Both the position numbers and the translations under genes were made by a program. The notes beneath the pieces were generated by a model, which was not told where the DNA came from, did not search any database, and was given only the letters and a program-made list of their open reading frames with translations. From positions 39,496,001 through 39,560,000 of the forward strand of contig NC_086108.1 in the NCBI RefSeq assembly GCF_963921235.1: a DNA stretch of 64,000 nucleotides. Direction: 5' to 3'. Positions 63,891 to 64,000 of the stretch are shown here, in pieces. This DNA comes from Mobula hypostoma. Its lineage: Eukaryota. The stretch's first letter is position 1; each line of letters starts with the position of its first letter.

Positions 63891-64000
63891 CCACTTACTG
63901 AAGAATTCAGGAATGATCCAGAAGCCAGAATTGGAAGAGCTTTGGAGATGAAGGGTCAGTTGAAGGATTAGAAAAATAGAAATTTAAATGTTGGATCTGG

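Overview
Eukaryotic (vertebrate) genomic DNA. The CR1, Penelope, Rex/Babar, L2 and V-SINE families suggest a cartilaginous fish such as a ray or shark; this is inference. Bases 1-38513 are one uninterrupted G-rich tandem array of a 21-bp unit (GGGTGAGTACAGGAGGGGA[G/A]T, about 1,800 copies, running off the left edge). It contains 20-bp variant units and kilobase-scale higher-order duplications, and the many ORFs in it are compositional artefacts. Bases 38514-64000 are AT-rich sequence packed with nested retroelements: CR1 (one near full length), Penelope-like elements with minimal hammerhead motifs and fold-back insertions, L2, Rex1/Babar, tRNA-SINEs and a Tc1 remnant. Between these lie several GT-AG-bounded, partly phase-compatible minus-strand exons of a protein-coding gene I could not identify. 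Its last visible candidate exon ends about 50 bp before the array and is in frame with the array's YSPTPLL heptad register.
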